Shown here in pieces: positions 18,085 to 41,099 of a stretch of DNA of 64,000 nt. The position numbers and the translations under genes were made by a program. Numbering within the stretch: position 1 is the stretch's first letter; every line of letters begins with the position of its first letter. This DNA comes from Salpingoeca rosetta (lineage: Eukaryota > Protista > Choanoflagellata): the NCBI GenBank assembly GCA_033442325.1, contig JAWQFM010000008.1:1121037-1185036 (forward strand). Direction: 5' to 3'. Below the pieces are notes generated by a model that saw nothing but the letters and a program-made list of their open reading frames with translations, was not told the DNA's origin and searched no databases.

Positions 18085-19442
18085 TGGTTTGGTTGCCTTT
18101 GCGTGCTTGCGTGCATCCAGCGTGTAATTCCAGCATCTCATTATCATCTCCACCACATCACCACCATGACCACCACCACCACCTGCCAGCGATGGAGGCA
18201 CTTGAGGGCCTCAACTTTGAGGTTGCCAAGCAGTCATTCATCCGCGTCCGGGACATCCGCTACCTCGACCTGATCCACCGCATCCAGGAGCGGGAGCGCA
18301 TGGGCATGGGTGACGACCCGGACGTGTACCGTGCGCAGATCTACGCGTACCAGGGACGCTTTGAGGAGGCCGCCAAGCTGTATGCCCGCGCAGGGCAGCC
18401 TCGCCTCGCCATGGAGATGTACTGCGACCTCCGCCAGTTTGACCGCGCGAAGGTGCGTGACCCTTGTGTTTGTGGTGGTGGCGGGGGGCGGTGCATGAGA
18501 AAGGCAGTGGCAAGGGAGTGACTTGTTGTCCGTGTCATTTGCCGTGCTGTGCCTCTGCTCTGGTACCCTGCTTGATCGTGCGCTTTTTGATTGGAATCGC
18601 GTGGCACTACTTCAATACCATGACACCCACCTCACGACCACCACGGCCAATATGCGCCTGGTGCTTTGTTATTGTTGTTGTTGTTGTTGTCGTTGCAGAA
18701 ATACGTTGACTCGTCCAACGCAGAGGATGTGCAGGCGTTCATGAAGAAGCAGGCCGAGTGGTCCAAGACGGCGAACGACCCGCTGGTATGGGGACGCACA
18801 TGCGTCGTGCATTGTTGTTGTGATGGTCATGCACCATTGTTGTTGCATGTGCTCTTTGTTTACTCAAGCCCATGTCCAGCGATTGTCTCGTGTGGGTGGT
18901 GTTGGTTGTGCGGTTAGCGCTGCTGTTGTTTTGCTCCATTGTGCACTCATGCATGCACACGCTCGCGCGCGCGACACAAACCACGATGACAATTGCTACG
19001 AATAGCTTGCGATTGACATTCTGAACGCTGCTGGCGAGGAGATTGCGTCTATCAACATGATGGGCGAGAATGGCATGGTGCAGAAGCTCATCGACAAGGC
19101 CCGCGCCACCAACAGCGTACGGGCGCGCACACGAACGCAGACGCAAACTGTGCTTCTTTTAGCTCGCGTGCACCCTTGTCATTGCCATGTGTGCACCCGA
19201 CCATTGCTTTACCCTTTCATCCACCCACACAATTCCCCATCACCCATCATCCATCGTCCATCATCCACTCAACTGCTCACCCCTTTCATCCACGCATGCA
19301 CGCCACTGCAGGCCGAGACGGAGGTCCTGAACCGCATTGTGTACTGGCTGCAGAAGCTCGACCAGATTTCCCTCGCCGCGGAAGTCTGCGAAAAGGTAAT
19401 CCTGCGCTTTTGTCTCATCCCCAAGAGAGCACTCACAGTGCT

Positions 19443-19512
<70 letters not shown>

Positions 19513-21359
19513 CGCCAGCGTATGTGTGTGCGTGTGTGAATGCGCCAGCGACACTGCTCACGCCGTGGTTTGTTCGCTGCCACCCTGCCAGATGAACGAC
19601 AACCGCAAGCTTGTTGAGCTGTATGTCTCTGCCAAGCGGTGGGAGGATGCATTTGCGCTGGCGAACCGCTTGAACGAGTTCCAGGAGGACATCTACCACC
19701 CATACGCGGACTGGCTCGCTGAGAACGACAGATTCGACGAGGCACAGGTCAGATGCAGGGTCGTACGGAACTGTACTGCGTACTGTGTGGATTTCATTCT
19801 GTGAATTGTGTACCGTGTGAAGTGCGTGTTGAGTGTGTGTGTGTTTCGATTGTTGCGTTCTGTGCTGTGTTGTCTTGTTGCCAACGTTGTCGGTGTTGAT
19901 CACCTGGACCTCTGAATGACCACCAAGGCCCCTCTGTTGTTCACACCCCTTCATGTGCATGCACGCGTGTGCAGGAGGCATATCGGCTGGCAGGTCTCGA
20001 GGATAAGGCCGTGCAGGTGCTGGAGGTCCTCGCACACAACGCCGTCATTGAGCGCCGATTCAACGACGCAGGGTGCGTTGTGTTTGTGTTTGTGTTTGTG
20101 TTTGTGCTTGCGTTTGTGCTTGCGTTTGTGTTGGCGGTTTATTTTTGTGTTTATTATGTTCTGCGTGTTACACACGGTGCACGCAGCTTTTGATAAGCCG
20201 CAGTTGATTGTGGCAACACTGCTCGCGCGTGCATGCACGCATATCCCTGAGTTCACCTCACTATCACCCCACCATCACCTCACCATCACCTCACCAACCC
20301 CACCCTATGAATGCTCTGCGCGCCCAGCTTCTACTTCTGGAAGCTGGCGGACTACAAGCTCAAGGCGATCAAGAGTGCTGCTGGCGACGAGGGCTTCGAT
20401 CTCGCAAATCAGGACGAGGAAATCAAGACTTACGAGACATTCGAGGTGCGTGGTGGCGACGGTGGTGTGTGTGCGTGTGTGTTCGTTTATTTACACGTGA
20501 ATGCATGTGCGCATGGTGCATGATGTGCTTCTGCTTGTGTGCATGTGTACGTGCGTATCACATGTTGCTGACGAACTCACGCCTGCTTACTCCTTGTGCT
20601 CGCTAATTCCTGCCTCCTGTGCCACCATTCTCCTTCGTGTGCCGTCCCTGCCTACCTCTCCAGCACCGTGCTGATCTGTACCAAGCGTACCATGCCATCA
20701 GCCGCTACATCGAAGAGCCATTCACATCTCACTCAACAGACAACCTCCTCTCCATCTGCAACTTCCTCCTCAACGCCATCTCCTCGGTGTGTATACGTGT
20801 GTGTGTGTGTTGTGTATTGTGCATGATGTGTGTGTGTGTACGTATATTTATGTAGAGTGTGAAGAGGGTGTATTGCGTGTGTGTGTTGTGTATTGTGCAT
20901 GATGTGTGTGTGTACGTATATTTATGTAGAGTAGAGTATGAAGAGCGTGTATTGTATTTCCATTCCTTCCCACTTCCACTCACAACTTTCAATCGGTACC
21001 AACGCCTACATCAACTACAGGAGGTTCCGTTTGGCATGTCCAAGTTCAATGTTCTGTTTGCGACTGCCAAGCTTGGTCGCCAGCTAGGCGCCTTCAAGCT
21101 CGCCCGCAACGCCATCGAGAAGATGCGCACACTCAGGGTGAGGAGGGGATGTGTGGTGTGGTGCCAAGCCTTGCAGTGTGACTTGCCATTGCGTGCACGC
21201 ACACGCGCGCTTTGTGTTTGCATGCACCTCATTCTGTGATTGTTGCGTCGTGTTTGATGTTCGACGAGCCTTCACCGTCACGTGCACAATTGCGACTGTC
21301 TGCACGCACAAATGTTCAAACCAAATGTTCAAACCAAATGTTGTGAACACACACATACA

Positions 21360-21391
<32 letters not shown>

Positions 21392-22307
21392 CACACACAC
21401 TCTCTCTCTCTCTCCCTCTCACATGCCCACAGGTGCCTGCCACGTTCCGCGAGCACGTGAATGTGCAAGCGGTTGCCATCCGGTGCAAACCGTTTGAGGA
21501 CGGAGAGGATCTGCAGCCCGTGTGCTACCGCTGCTCACTCCCCAACAACCTCTGGGCTGGCTCCCTCTCCTGCTCAAACTGCGTCCACCCCTTTGTCTTG
21601 TCAAAGTCAGTGCTCACAGCTTGCTGTGCATGCTGATGGCTGTTGTTGCGAGTCATGCCATCTGCTTGCGTGCTTTGTTTGGATGTGCGAGTACACGTGC
21701 GTGTGTGTGCATGTTCCACTTTGTATTGCATGCGCGCGTGTGCTTGTCCTCGAATTCCGTGTGGCTGTTCCCCCTCACTGCACCCTGTGTTCTGACGATG
21801 GGATATGCGCGCACCTCCATCCCTCCCTGCTGCATCTCATTCTCTCTGCAGGTACTCCTTTGACGTGCTGCCCCTTGTGGAGTTCTCACCAGACGTCGAC
21901 ATCTCCGACGCAGAGGCGCTTCAGCTCATCCAGTGCGTGCTCGTGTGACTGCAGCTGTTATTGACTGCGCATCTGTGCACCTTGCCAGTGTTCATGCCGT
22001 TTGTCTCCACACGTCGTCGTCTCTGACATGTCACCTCAACATCCACCTCATTGCCTCGGCTCTTCCCGCCCACCACTCCCCACGTTCCGTTGTGGCAGGG
22101 ACGATTCGACGCTCGGATCAAAGCGTGGGAGCGGCAGCACCGTCACCAGCGGCGGTGCGCAGGTGATGTCGATGGACGACGATGAAGACGAGGAGGAGGA
22201 CCCGTTTGTCCAGTCGCTCGCCCGATTTGAGAGCGGCTCGTCGTCCTACGAGATTGTTCGTGTCGACCGCGAAATGCTCAAGAAGATGCCGTCAAACGAG
22301 GTGCGTG

Positions 22308-22385
<78 letters not shown>

Positions 22386-23228
22386 TTTGCCTGCGTGCAT
22401 GCGGTATTGACACACGACGACATTCATTCACTCGTGCACGGCAAACATGCACACACACGCTTCAACCACATCCACGGACGCTCACGCATCTTAACCGCCT
22501 CCATTTGCCGCCTTGTTTTCGCGGGCGTGCATGTGTCCGTTACAGGTGTTTGTGCAGCGTTGGGGTGCACCACTGCAGCACCGCTATTACCGCAACGTGC
22601 TTGCCGACATCGAAGTCACCATGTGCTCGTCCTGCTTCAACGTGAGCCACGCACTCCACCGTCACCTCGCCGTACTGTTCAGCCGGGGCTCTATTGTTTG
22701 ATCAGCAACATGTTCTCACACACAGCACTGTCCAGCACTTTGATGCCCGTCTTCCATCTCCCTCTTACCCAATGCTGCGCCCCAACCCATGTTCGTGTTT
22801 GTGTTGCCACATCGCCTTTGCTTTTTTCGTTGCAGTTCTTTGGCACCGACGAGTGGGAGCGTGTCACCCTCGAGTCCGGAAAATGCCCTCTTTGCCGAGC
22901 CAGCACGGTGCGTAAGCGATGTCGCTTGCTTGCTCGCTTGGGTTTGTTACCGTGTGTCGAAAATGACGTTGTCGGGAAGTCGAGTGCTTTGCGTATCCTT
23001 GGCCAAGTGGGTGCTGAGTCAGGCTGTTGAGATGTTGTTTGCGGCGCCGTTGTGAATCTATTTGATGTGATGTTGTTTCGAACGACTGACCAAAAACGCA
23101 CGTTTGTCCCTGATCGTTGTTTCTTGCATGCCATTCAGGATGTTGATGAGGAATCTGAAGCACCTGCTGCCGCGGCGAGCGGATCAAAGGTCCTCCTCGG
23201 ATCCCAACCAGCTTCATCGTCCGCGTAA
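12609..23228 (+). CDS. IFT122: Intraflagellar transport protein 122 (IFT-A, WD40/TPR); about 30 exons
   Basis: Spliced motifs [115 protein letters not shown] and C-terminal CSSC/CPLCR; stop TAA 23226-23228. Confidence 0.96.
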
Positions 23229-23579
23229 TCGCGCCCACCACACAAGCCACACTGTTTGTTTTGTTTTTGTGTGTTTCTGTTTTCGACATGCATGCCATTG
23301 CGTTGTTGGCCCTTTGTGTTTGTTTGTCGGTCATGTTTTTGCACTGGCCGAGAGCAGTGTGCACTTCCCTCTCGAGTGTGCTTGCGATTGTGTGCTTGCG
23401 TTTGTGCTTGCGTTTGCTGTTGCTTTCGCTTTTGCTTCCATAGCACCACACACCGGCCAATCAGCCAATGAAACATTCACCAAGACGACTCGGGTGTGAT
23501 GGGGAAGGGCTACGACAGGTTACGGGCCACCTATCATTGTTTCAATCATAAGCCACACGCACAAGAGAGCCCATACAAG

Positions 23580-23671
<92 letters not shown>

Positions 23672-23675
23672 CACT

Positions 23676-32520
<8,845 letters not shown>

Positions 32521-32852
32521 GGTGTGATGTCTCCCACAAGCTCTGGGTGCTGGCCCTTTGAGGAGTTCGACTGTCTATTGAGCTGACGTGCGTCTGCCTC
32601 TTCCGCTGCTATGCACTATGATTGCTTCAGCGTTCGTTCGTAGTGATGACTACCCACGTGTCTCGTAACTGAATGGCCTGATGGCTTTGCGCGGTTTTAT
32701 TGGTTGAGGGAAGCAAACGCTTTTCAAGTCGATTCAGGCACAGCACACGCTTGTCTCTCTCGTCTCTCTCTCTCTCTCGTCTCTCTTGTGTGTGTCTCTC
32801 TCGCTCGCACACTCTGCACTGGTTTGGTAATGAAGGAGGCGAGCAAACTTTC

Positions 32853-32982
32853 TCACTCGATCCCACGAAGAATAACAAGTTTCACAGTCTGTGAAGGGCG
32901 CAGCCAGGAGACATGGCAACACACGTGAGAAGCAGTGACGGGCTGTAGAAAAAGCTCGCACAACGCAGATGCATACACAGAG

Positions 32983-33037
<55 letters not shown>

Positions 33038-36000
33038 GCAGCACAAACAATCACGCACAAACACAATGCACACAACTCACCGAGCCTTCCGGCAGCTGCT
33101 TAAAGAACGAAATCATATCTGGCTTTGGCTTCCCGCGTGCGCTATCGCCGTTGACGAGGATAAACCGGTCCCCAACATGCAGCCCAGCCAGGTGCGCCAC
33201 CCCATTCTCCCGCAAACTCTTTACCCGGATGTTGTACTGCGTGCCCTCCCTTGGCGCGTCCTCAATCACCATGCCCAGTCCTTCCCGGCCCTTGACGAGG
33301 CTGACTGTGTGCGTCGTCGTGTCCCCATTGCCCTGTCACATAAAGAACAGGCAGATGCGCGGGCAGGTTCGAGTGTGTATGTGAGTGCGTGTGTGTATGA
33401 GTGCGCGCGCGCGCGTGTGTGTGTGTGTGTGAGTGCGTGTGAGTGTGTGTGTGTGTGTATGAGTGCGTGTGAGTGCATGGGATGCTCGCTTGCGCTCACA
33501 ACAAAGTGCATCACCACACAATGTCAAAAACATGCACACCACCACCACCCTGACGAGCTACGTGTATGTGCGCACGCACCAGCTGCCTGGAGGCACGACG
33601 CTGTCGGCGCGCATCTGCAAGAAGCGTTTCAATCTGAACAGTTGACACATTCCACCCATGGCAGCAGAAGCAGCAGTAGAAGTGAGTCAAGGTCACGCAA
33701 AGTCAACTGCCTGTGTGCGTGTGCGTGTGCGTGTGCGTGTGTGTGTGCATGTTTGGTCCCGCAAACTCACCATCAATGCCAAACCCACACTCAACAAACA
33801 GCGCTCATGGCCAAGAGACGTGCATGCAGGCACGCCTACCCTCTTCTCCGAGGCGCCGCGCGACTCCTGCGCAGGCGGAGCGGTCGTTGTCGATGCTGAC
33901 GATGCTGACGTTGACGACGACGCTGATGGTGCTGGTGCTGCCGGTGCGACTGGCTTGGCCTGGGCCTGCACTGCTCCTTGCGATTGCCTGCTCTCGCGTC
34001 GCTTCCGCGCTTCAGCCAGCAGCCGGTCAACCTGTGGGTGCGTGGGTGAGTGTGAGAGTGAGGGTGTGCGTGTGTGTGTTCATGACATCGCGAGCGCACG
34101 CGTACATCTTGGTGTGTGAATGAGACAACAGATGACAATCACAGCAGGAAAATTAAGCCATGTGGGCGACAGAAGAAGGCAAGGTGTGTTTACATGTGCA
34201 CGCGCAACATGTCACACCTTGGACAGGGATTCCGTGTGTGTGGATTGACCAATGGACGCGCGCGGTAATCTGGGGCTCAGGATGGGCTGGGATGTGCGCT
34301 GTCACATGCACGAACGACAAAGCATAGCAACAAGCACACGAGACCAGTGTGAGCAGCGCAAAACCAAACAGAAACGCACAATGTAAACAAACAAATGCAT
34401 TCGCGCTCATCCGCACAATCATACAGTCACACAGGCACACATACAAATCGCACACACACGCAGACCTTCGGACGTTCTGGCGTGAGCTGCACTGGTTTGT
34501 CCAGGAAGGAAGCGTCATCCTCATTCTCATCCCCGTCGTTGTCGCCCTCACCTTCACCAGCGCCCGTCTCTTCTGCAATTGCGGGCGGAGACGAGGTTGG
34601 AACCTGCGGTGGCGGCGTTGAGGGCACCGTCATGCGACGTGCCCGCTCAGCATCCACCTCCTCATCATGATCATCTGCTGATGCTTGTGCCTCCGCTGCT
34701 GGCGCATCCTGTGCTGCAGTTGCAATGGTGGCAGGTGCTGTGGTTTCAGTCGCAGCAGCGCGCCGCTCTCTCCTCTCGCGAGCAGCAGCAAGTGCATCCG
34801 CCACACTCCGCTTCTCCGTGGACTCCTGTTCCTTCGTCCCCTCCTCGCGTGTGCTACGCTGCTGCTGCTGCTTTGAGTCGTCCTGGTCCGCCCCAGACAG
34901 GCGCCGCGCCTCTGCAATCGCCGCCGCCGTCTGCCTCGCTGCCTCGGCCCGTGCGTCCTGCTCCATCTTGCGGCGCTGCTGGTCCGCTCGCGCCTTGGCC
35001 TCCTCAATTTCCCGCTGCTTGCGTTCCTCCTCCTCTCTCGCTCGCCGCTGCTGCTCTGCCTCTTCCTCCGCCAGCCGCTGTGCTTCCCGCTCGGCAGCCA
35101 GCCTGGCCTCCTCCTCCCTCCTCCTGGCCTCCTCCTCCTGCTGCGCCCTCAGCCGCGCCTGGCGCTCTTCTTCCTCCCGACGCCGCTGCTCCGCCCGCCT
35201 GTCCTCCTCCTTACGCCGTTCCTCCTCAAGCGCCCGCCGCACGCGCTCGGCCTCCTCCCGCGCCTTCCTCTCCATCTCCTCTGCGCGCTTCCGTGCAGCC
35301 TCGCGTTCGGCTGCAGCCTTCTCCGCGGCAATTCGCTCCTCCTCCTCCCTCTGCTCCCGCTCCCGACGCTCCTGTTCAGCCTTAAGTCGCGCTTCTTCCT
35401 CCCGCTGCTGCATGGTGGCCTGGGCCGCAGCCACCGCCGCAGCCTCCAGCGCAGCCATCTTCGCCTCAACCGACGCCTGCACAGCGTCCGCGTCCACGCC
35501 GCCTGTTGCAGCCGCAGCAACGGTGTTCTGTGGTGCGGGGTTCCGTTGCCTAGCATCACCGCCACTGTCACTGGCGTGGCCATCGTGGTCGCTGCCGTCA
35601 TCAAACACGCCGCTGCGTCGCCGCGCCTCGCGACGAGCATCTGCAACAATGGCTGCCGTCTCCTGCTGTGCGCCCTCGGCCCGAATCGCGTCCTGCAGCT
35701 CCCGCGTCGCATCAACAACATCGCGCGTGCTGTCATCGCCACCATGGTCTGCACCGCCAAAGTCAGGCTGCGAAACACGCTGCGTCGCTTCCGTCACGCG
35801 ACTGCCGCTCATGAGGTATTTGGCAGCAGAGCTGGGCGTTCCGGCATGCGCACGCGAGCCACCACCGTACGCCGTGTGCTGGTCAGCGCCAACACTCCCA
35901 TTATCGTCGCTATCTGGGGCGTGGTCGTCGTCGTGCTCATCGTCCACGCTTGAGAGCAGGGTGTTGGCGCGGCCAGTGTCAATACCACCAGGCAGCGGCC

Positions 36001-36405
36001 GCCACTCATCCTCCTCCTCCTCGTCAAGCACAATCGCCTCTTCTGCTTCTGTTTCCTCCTCCTCCTCCTCCTCCTTCTCTCCAGGCACGCCAAGTCCTTG
36101 CTCCTGCCCCTGCTGCCCCTGCTGCCCCTGCTGGTTGCGAATCTTGGCTGCGCGTTCTCTAGCCTCCTGCACGGCTTTAGCTGCAAGCTTCTTTCGCTCC
36201 GTCTGCGGCGAGCGCGCACCACCACCAGCGCCGTGAGTGGTTGCCGTGTGTGCAGCTGCACCCTTCTTGCCCTTGCCCTCGGCGGGCTTGCTGAAGTCGC
36301 CGCCAAGGGCACGCCTCACTTCCTCGCGCGCCTGTTCCTCGGCAACACGCCGCCGCGTGCCGCTGCCATCCTCGGCCCCGCCAGTGCCAGCAGCCGTGCG
36401 GTCCT

Positions 36406-36485
<80 letters not shown>

Positions 36486-37780
36486 AAGCGCAGTCGTGGC
36501 TGAGCGAGGGCAAGGAAGCAGAGCGCAAACCTGTCGTGTTCGGCGCTCCCGCAAGCTACGCTCCTTTGCCATTCGCTCCTCGAATCTGCACATGCACATG
36601 ACAGCACAACTTTTTCGTGAGCAAGACGCGTCTGTTGATGCACCATGACTTTGTGGCCTTGTGACACGCGTACACACACACAGACATGCACATGCACACA
36701 CGCACACAGACACAGACACACACATATGCACACACGCACAACCAGACACAGACACACGCATACATGCACCTGGAGCGGTTGACTTCGGTGATGCTGGACG
36801 AGGATGATCGGGTTGGGCTGGCACTGAAGAGGGGACCAACGGAAAGGTTTGGGCAGGAGGATATGAGAAGAAAGAAATTACGTACGGCAGCGATGGAATA
36901 TTTCAGCAGGAGGAGCAGGAGCAGGATGTGGTGGTGGAGCAGTCCACACAAGACATGCACAAGGAGAGAAACATAGAGAGGGACGGAATGACAGAAAAGG
37001 AGTAAGAAGAACGTGCATCTGAGACACTTTTGCACACATATTCACCATTCGCCAAGAACGGACCTGGCAGCACGCTCCTGCTGTGCAGCTGTGCGGTCGA
37101 CTTGAATGTGCTTTGCATCAAGCATGTCTGGCTCCATGGCAGGCTCATCAAGCTCAATCTCGCCACCAGGCACAGGCAGGTTGCGTTGCCGCGCCTGTGT
37201 TGATGGCGGCGGCGCCGATCGTGCCGCTGCCCGCTCCGCATCCCGCTCCCGCTGCTGCTGCTGCTGCTGCTGCTTGGCTGCGTGTGTTGCCGAAGTCATG
37301 GATGAGCCGGACGATGAACCCGACGGGTGCGACGGCAGCCGCCGACCGCCGCGAACCGTCGGCGCAGCAGCAGGTGCAGGCAAAGTGGAAGACGTGGTGG
37401 CCGTGGTTGGAGGACGGGCCGTCTTGCTGACGACAGCAGGCCCAGGTCTCCGCGCCGCCGCCGCTGCTGGAGGTGCTTGAGGTGCTGGTGCTGGTGCCAA
37501 CGCAGATGATGCTGTACTGGTGGCCGGTGCAGGTGGCTGCTCGCGTCGCGCCTTGCGGAAGCTGGGACGGAAGCGTGCCAGCCCCCGCCGCGGCGATTTC
37601 TTCCTCTGCTGCTGCTGCTGTTGCTGTTGTTGCTGTTGTTGTTGTTGCTGTTGTTGTTGTTGTTGTTGTTGTTGCTGGTGGTTGACGGGCTGCTCCAGCG
37701 CCTCAGGGATACCGTGGGTTGGACCGACGTGGAAGTCATCCGGTGCAACAGCCAGCGGGTCCGTCCACCTGCAGGGGAGG

Positions 37781-37852
<72 letters not shown>

Positions 37853-39637
37853 GTGTGTGTGTGTGTGTGTGTGTGAAACGTGTATGAATACGAGGTTGCC
37901 GCTGCAGTCTGGGTGTTCGTGTTGTGTTGCATCACACATCTGCACATCAGCCAGTGAGCTGGTACACAACGATGTGAACGCACTCTGTTTTTGCCTTCAC
38001 TTGATCGCGGCGACGCAGTCGTTCCCGGTACTTGGTGTAGTGGCTGACAGGGAAGAACTGACAAGTGTGCGTTTGTGTGTGTGTGTGTAATGTGGTGTGT
38101 GTGTGTGTGTGTGTAATGTGGTGTGTGTGTGTGTGTGTGTGTGTGTGTGCAAATTTGTGAGAAAATGGACGTGAGCATGCGTGATTGTCGATGCGGTCCT
38201 GCCTCGCCCAGAGTTTGGCACAAAGCACAACTGCACGCTCCTCACCCTGGGGTTGGTCAGGCGTTCAAACACGCTTGGTTTCTTGCGTGCAGATGTGGGC
38301 GTAGACGGTTCGCTTGGGCGGGACGGCTGCGGCTCAGCGGGTCGTTGCTGTTGCTGCTGTTGTCGCTGCTGCTGCTGCTGTTGTTGTTGTTGTTGTTGCG
38401 CTGGCGCTTGCCATGCCTGGTGTGCTCGCCTGTCACACAAACGGAGGAACAAATGTGACGAGGAGAAAGGCAATGGTAACTTGGTACACACACACACAAT
38501 AGCACATACGTCCATATGCTCACACACACACAATAGCACGTACGTCCATATACTCACACACACACACACACGACTACGTTCGCACACACGATCCGCTTGC
38601 GCAGCGGGTTGCATTGCTCTTGTACCTTGGTTTGGGCTGCCTGGAGGAAGCTGCTGACGAAGCAACGCTGCTGCGGGCAGTGGATGCGCGGTCCTGTTCA
38701 CCCTGCGAGCGACGACGAACCCTGCAATGGAGGAGACATGTGGGGTGGGACATGTAGATGAGTTGAGACAATGGCATGGAACATGTTGCTCGTGTTTGTG
38801 TGTTTGCTGTTGTTGGATTGCTTTGTCTTGTTTGCATGAAGGCAAGGCACCAAGTTCAGTTACCCACTCTCCCTAATTGTCCAATTGGCACACATCGCCA
38901 CCACTTGCTCACCGGTAGCTCTTTGGGAAGAAGCGTGGCGTGCTTAACCGCTCAAACACGCTTGGCTTGTGCGCCTTTGGTGCTGCCGGCTCCCTGAACA
39001 CAAAATCGTGAGGCGCATGCGTGAGAGGTGTGGTGGAAGACAAGACGGGCGAAAATATTGCCAGTCACGTCAACAAACACACACACACAGATACGTAAAC
39101 GTCCACACACCAACAAGCGCATAGGCACAGACACGCATGTGCACGCCCTCGCGCGCATTTGTGCGCAGTCGCAAAGCAGTGAGCAAAGAGCAACAACTGA
39201 CTGGTGGGCGGCGGGCGCGCCTGCATTCGATGAAACCTGTTGCTGCTGCTGGTGTTGTTGGCGGGAGCGGTGCGATGCCGTTGGTGTGCGGGTGGAGGTT
39301 CGTGGCGGCTGCTGCGGTGTGTGAGGATGGCGGTGTGGCGTGGAGCGCGTTGGTGTGCCCGTCACAAACGGCGGAGGCGCGCGGTGGCGTGACGGTGTAC
39401 GCGGCGTGTGTGGGCCAGCACCGCCACCACGGCCGTGGCTGGTGATGCTGGACGCATGTGAGCGCGCGCGCGAAGGGGTGCGGCTGGCTCGGCTTGACGC
39501 GCGCGTGGACACTTCATAGTGAATGTCGGGAACGGGCGGGTGGAGACGCAGTCGCTCCGAGTTCTTCTCCAGCTCCGCCTTGCTGGTTGGCGGGCGCCAG
39601 TGGCCCTGGTGCTGGTGCTGCGTGTGTGTGTGTGTGT

Positions 39638-39711
<74 letters not shown>

Positions 39712-39745
39712 GTGTTCATGTGGTGCAATGACGGGATACGTGCTT

Positions 39746-39779
<34 letters not shown>

Positions 39780-41099
39780 GAATCGGAAGCGGATACAGTA
39801 CGAAGCATGCACCCTATCTCAAACAACACACACACGCACGTATACGTGCACACAACCCTTTTTTTCCCCTCCCGAGTGATGACGACTGCAACTCACGCGT
39901 CTCGGGGAGTCCCTGTGTTCCTTTGGACGAATGTACTTTGACATGTCCTCTGCCCATGGCCGCGGGTAGTTTCGTGCCGGCGCTGGTCGCCTGCTCTCGT
40001 TCCGCAGCGGCGTCTGGCGCGCCTGTGGACACGCGTGCACACGTGCAGAAATGACATCACACATATGGGAGATGCCAACACAAACACACGAGCGCACCAG
40101 CACGCCAAGATACATGTGCAATCATGTGAAAGGAAGGGGGGTGAGCGGCCAATATAGACAGGAATTCATGTTTGTGGTGTGTTCCAAGGCACGCAGTTGG
40201 TGTGTGTTAATGCATTGCATGGGTGTGAGCTTGCCAGCAGCCTGCCCACCTCGGCTTTGGTGGGCGTCATGTGCTGTTGACTGCCACGGCGCCTGCGCGG
40301 TGTGTGGCTGGCTTGACTCGGCTCATATCCCTGCCATGAATAAAGAGGGAAGACCAAGACCAAGAAGAAGAAGAAGAAGACCAAGACGAAGAAGAAGAAG
40401 AACACGAAGTGACATACAACAGAACGGCATTGCCCGACCAAAGGAAGCAGGAATCGTACACACACACACACACACGCACACACCACACACACACGCACAC
40501 ACACACACACGCACACGCACACGCACACACAGAAGAGGTGCGGGTGAGCAGTGATTGTTGTCGAAGTGGCAGAGGGGTGCGCTAAGCTGCGCGAGTTTGT
40601 GATGATGACGGTTTGTGATGGGTGGTCTTTGTGGTACGTACAGGGCTGCGTGAACCGGGATCCACCAAGCGCTTCTTCACGGGATCGCGCACAACAGGTG
40701 AGATGTAGCTGTGGTGTGTGGTTGCCAACCTAATACACCCAAAGCAACATGCGATCAGGGTGCGTGAGTACATATGACGAGGCGCAAGAGCGGATTGGAC
40801 GGGGGAGGGCGGGGTGTTCTTGGTTGTTCAGAGGGGTGAGAGGAAGGGAGGCAAGGGAGGGGAGGATACAATGGACATGGAGGCAGAGATGGAGATAGAG
40901 ATGGACATGGAAAGAGTGGGAAACGCAAGGAAGCCAACAACTGCAAGAATAGAAGGGGACGAAGAGTCACAGCAACGTGGGATGTGAAAGTAAGCGGAGA
41001 GAGACGCCTTGTCAGACAAACGCACAAAACACGACACAGAACATACCCGGCTGTGGGGATGGTTTGGACAAAGGACGTGCTGGGTTCCGCCCAAGACAT
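32853..41099 (-). CDS. Large low-complexity protein with an ER/K-rich single alpha-helix and a C-terminal PDZ domain
   Basis: Terminal exons give HTVSLVKGREGLGMVI...NIRVKSLRENGVAHLAGLHVGDRFILVNGDSARG...MISFFKQLPEGS|TVKLVILRGIE* (PDZ). Large exon ~36404-34465 carries an E/R/K-rich helix. Candidate first exon MSWAEPSTSFVQTIPTAG|gtatgt at 41099; 5' exons less certain. Confidence 0.75.

Noticed and set aside
34725-36236. 503-aa plus-strand ORF
   Set aside because: Antisense shadow of the GC-rich SAH exon; Ser/Ala/Arg composition with no motifs.
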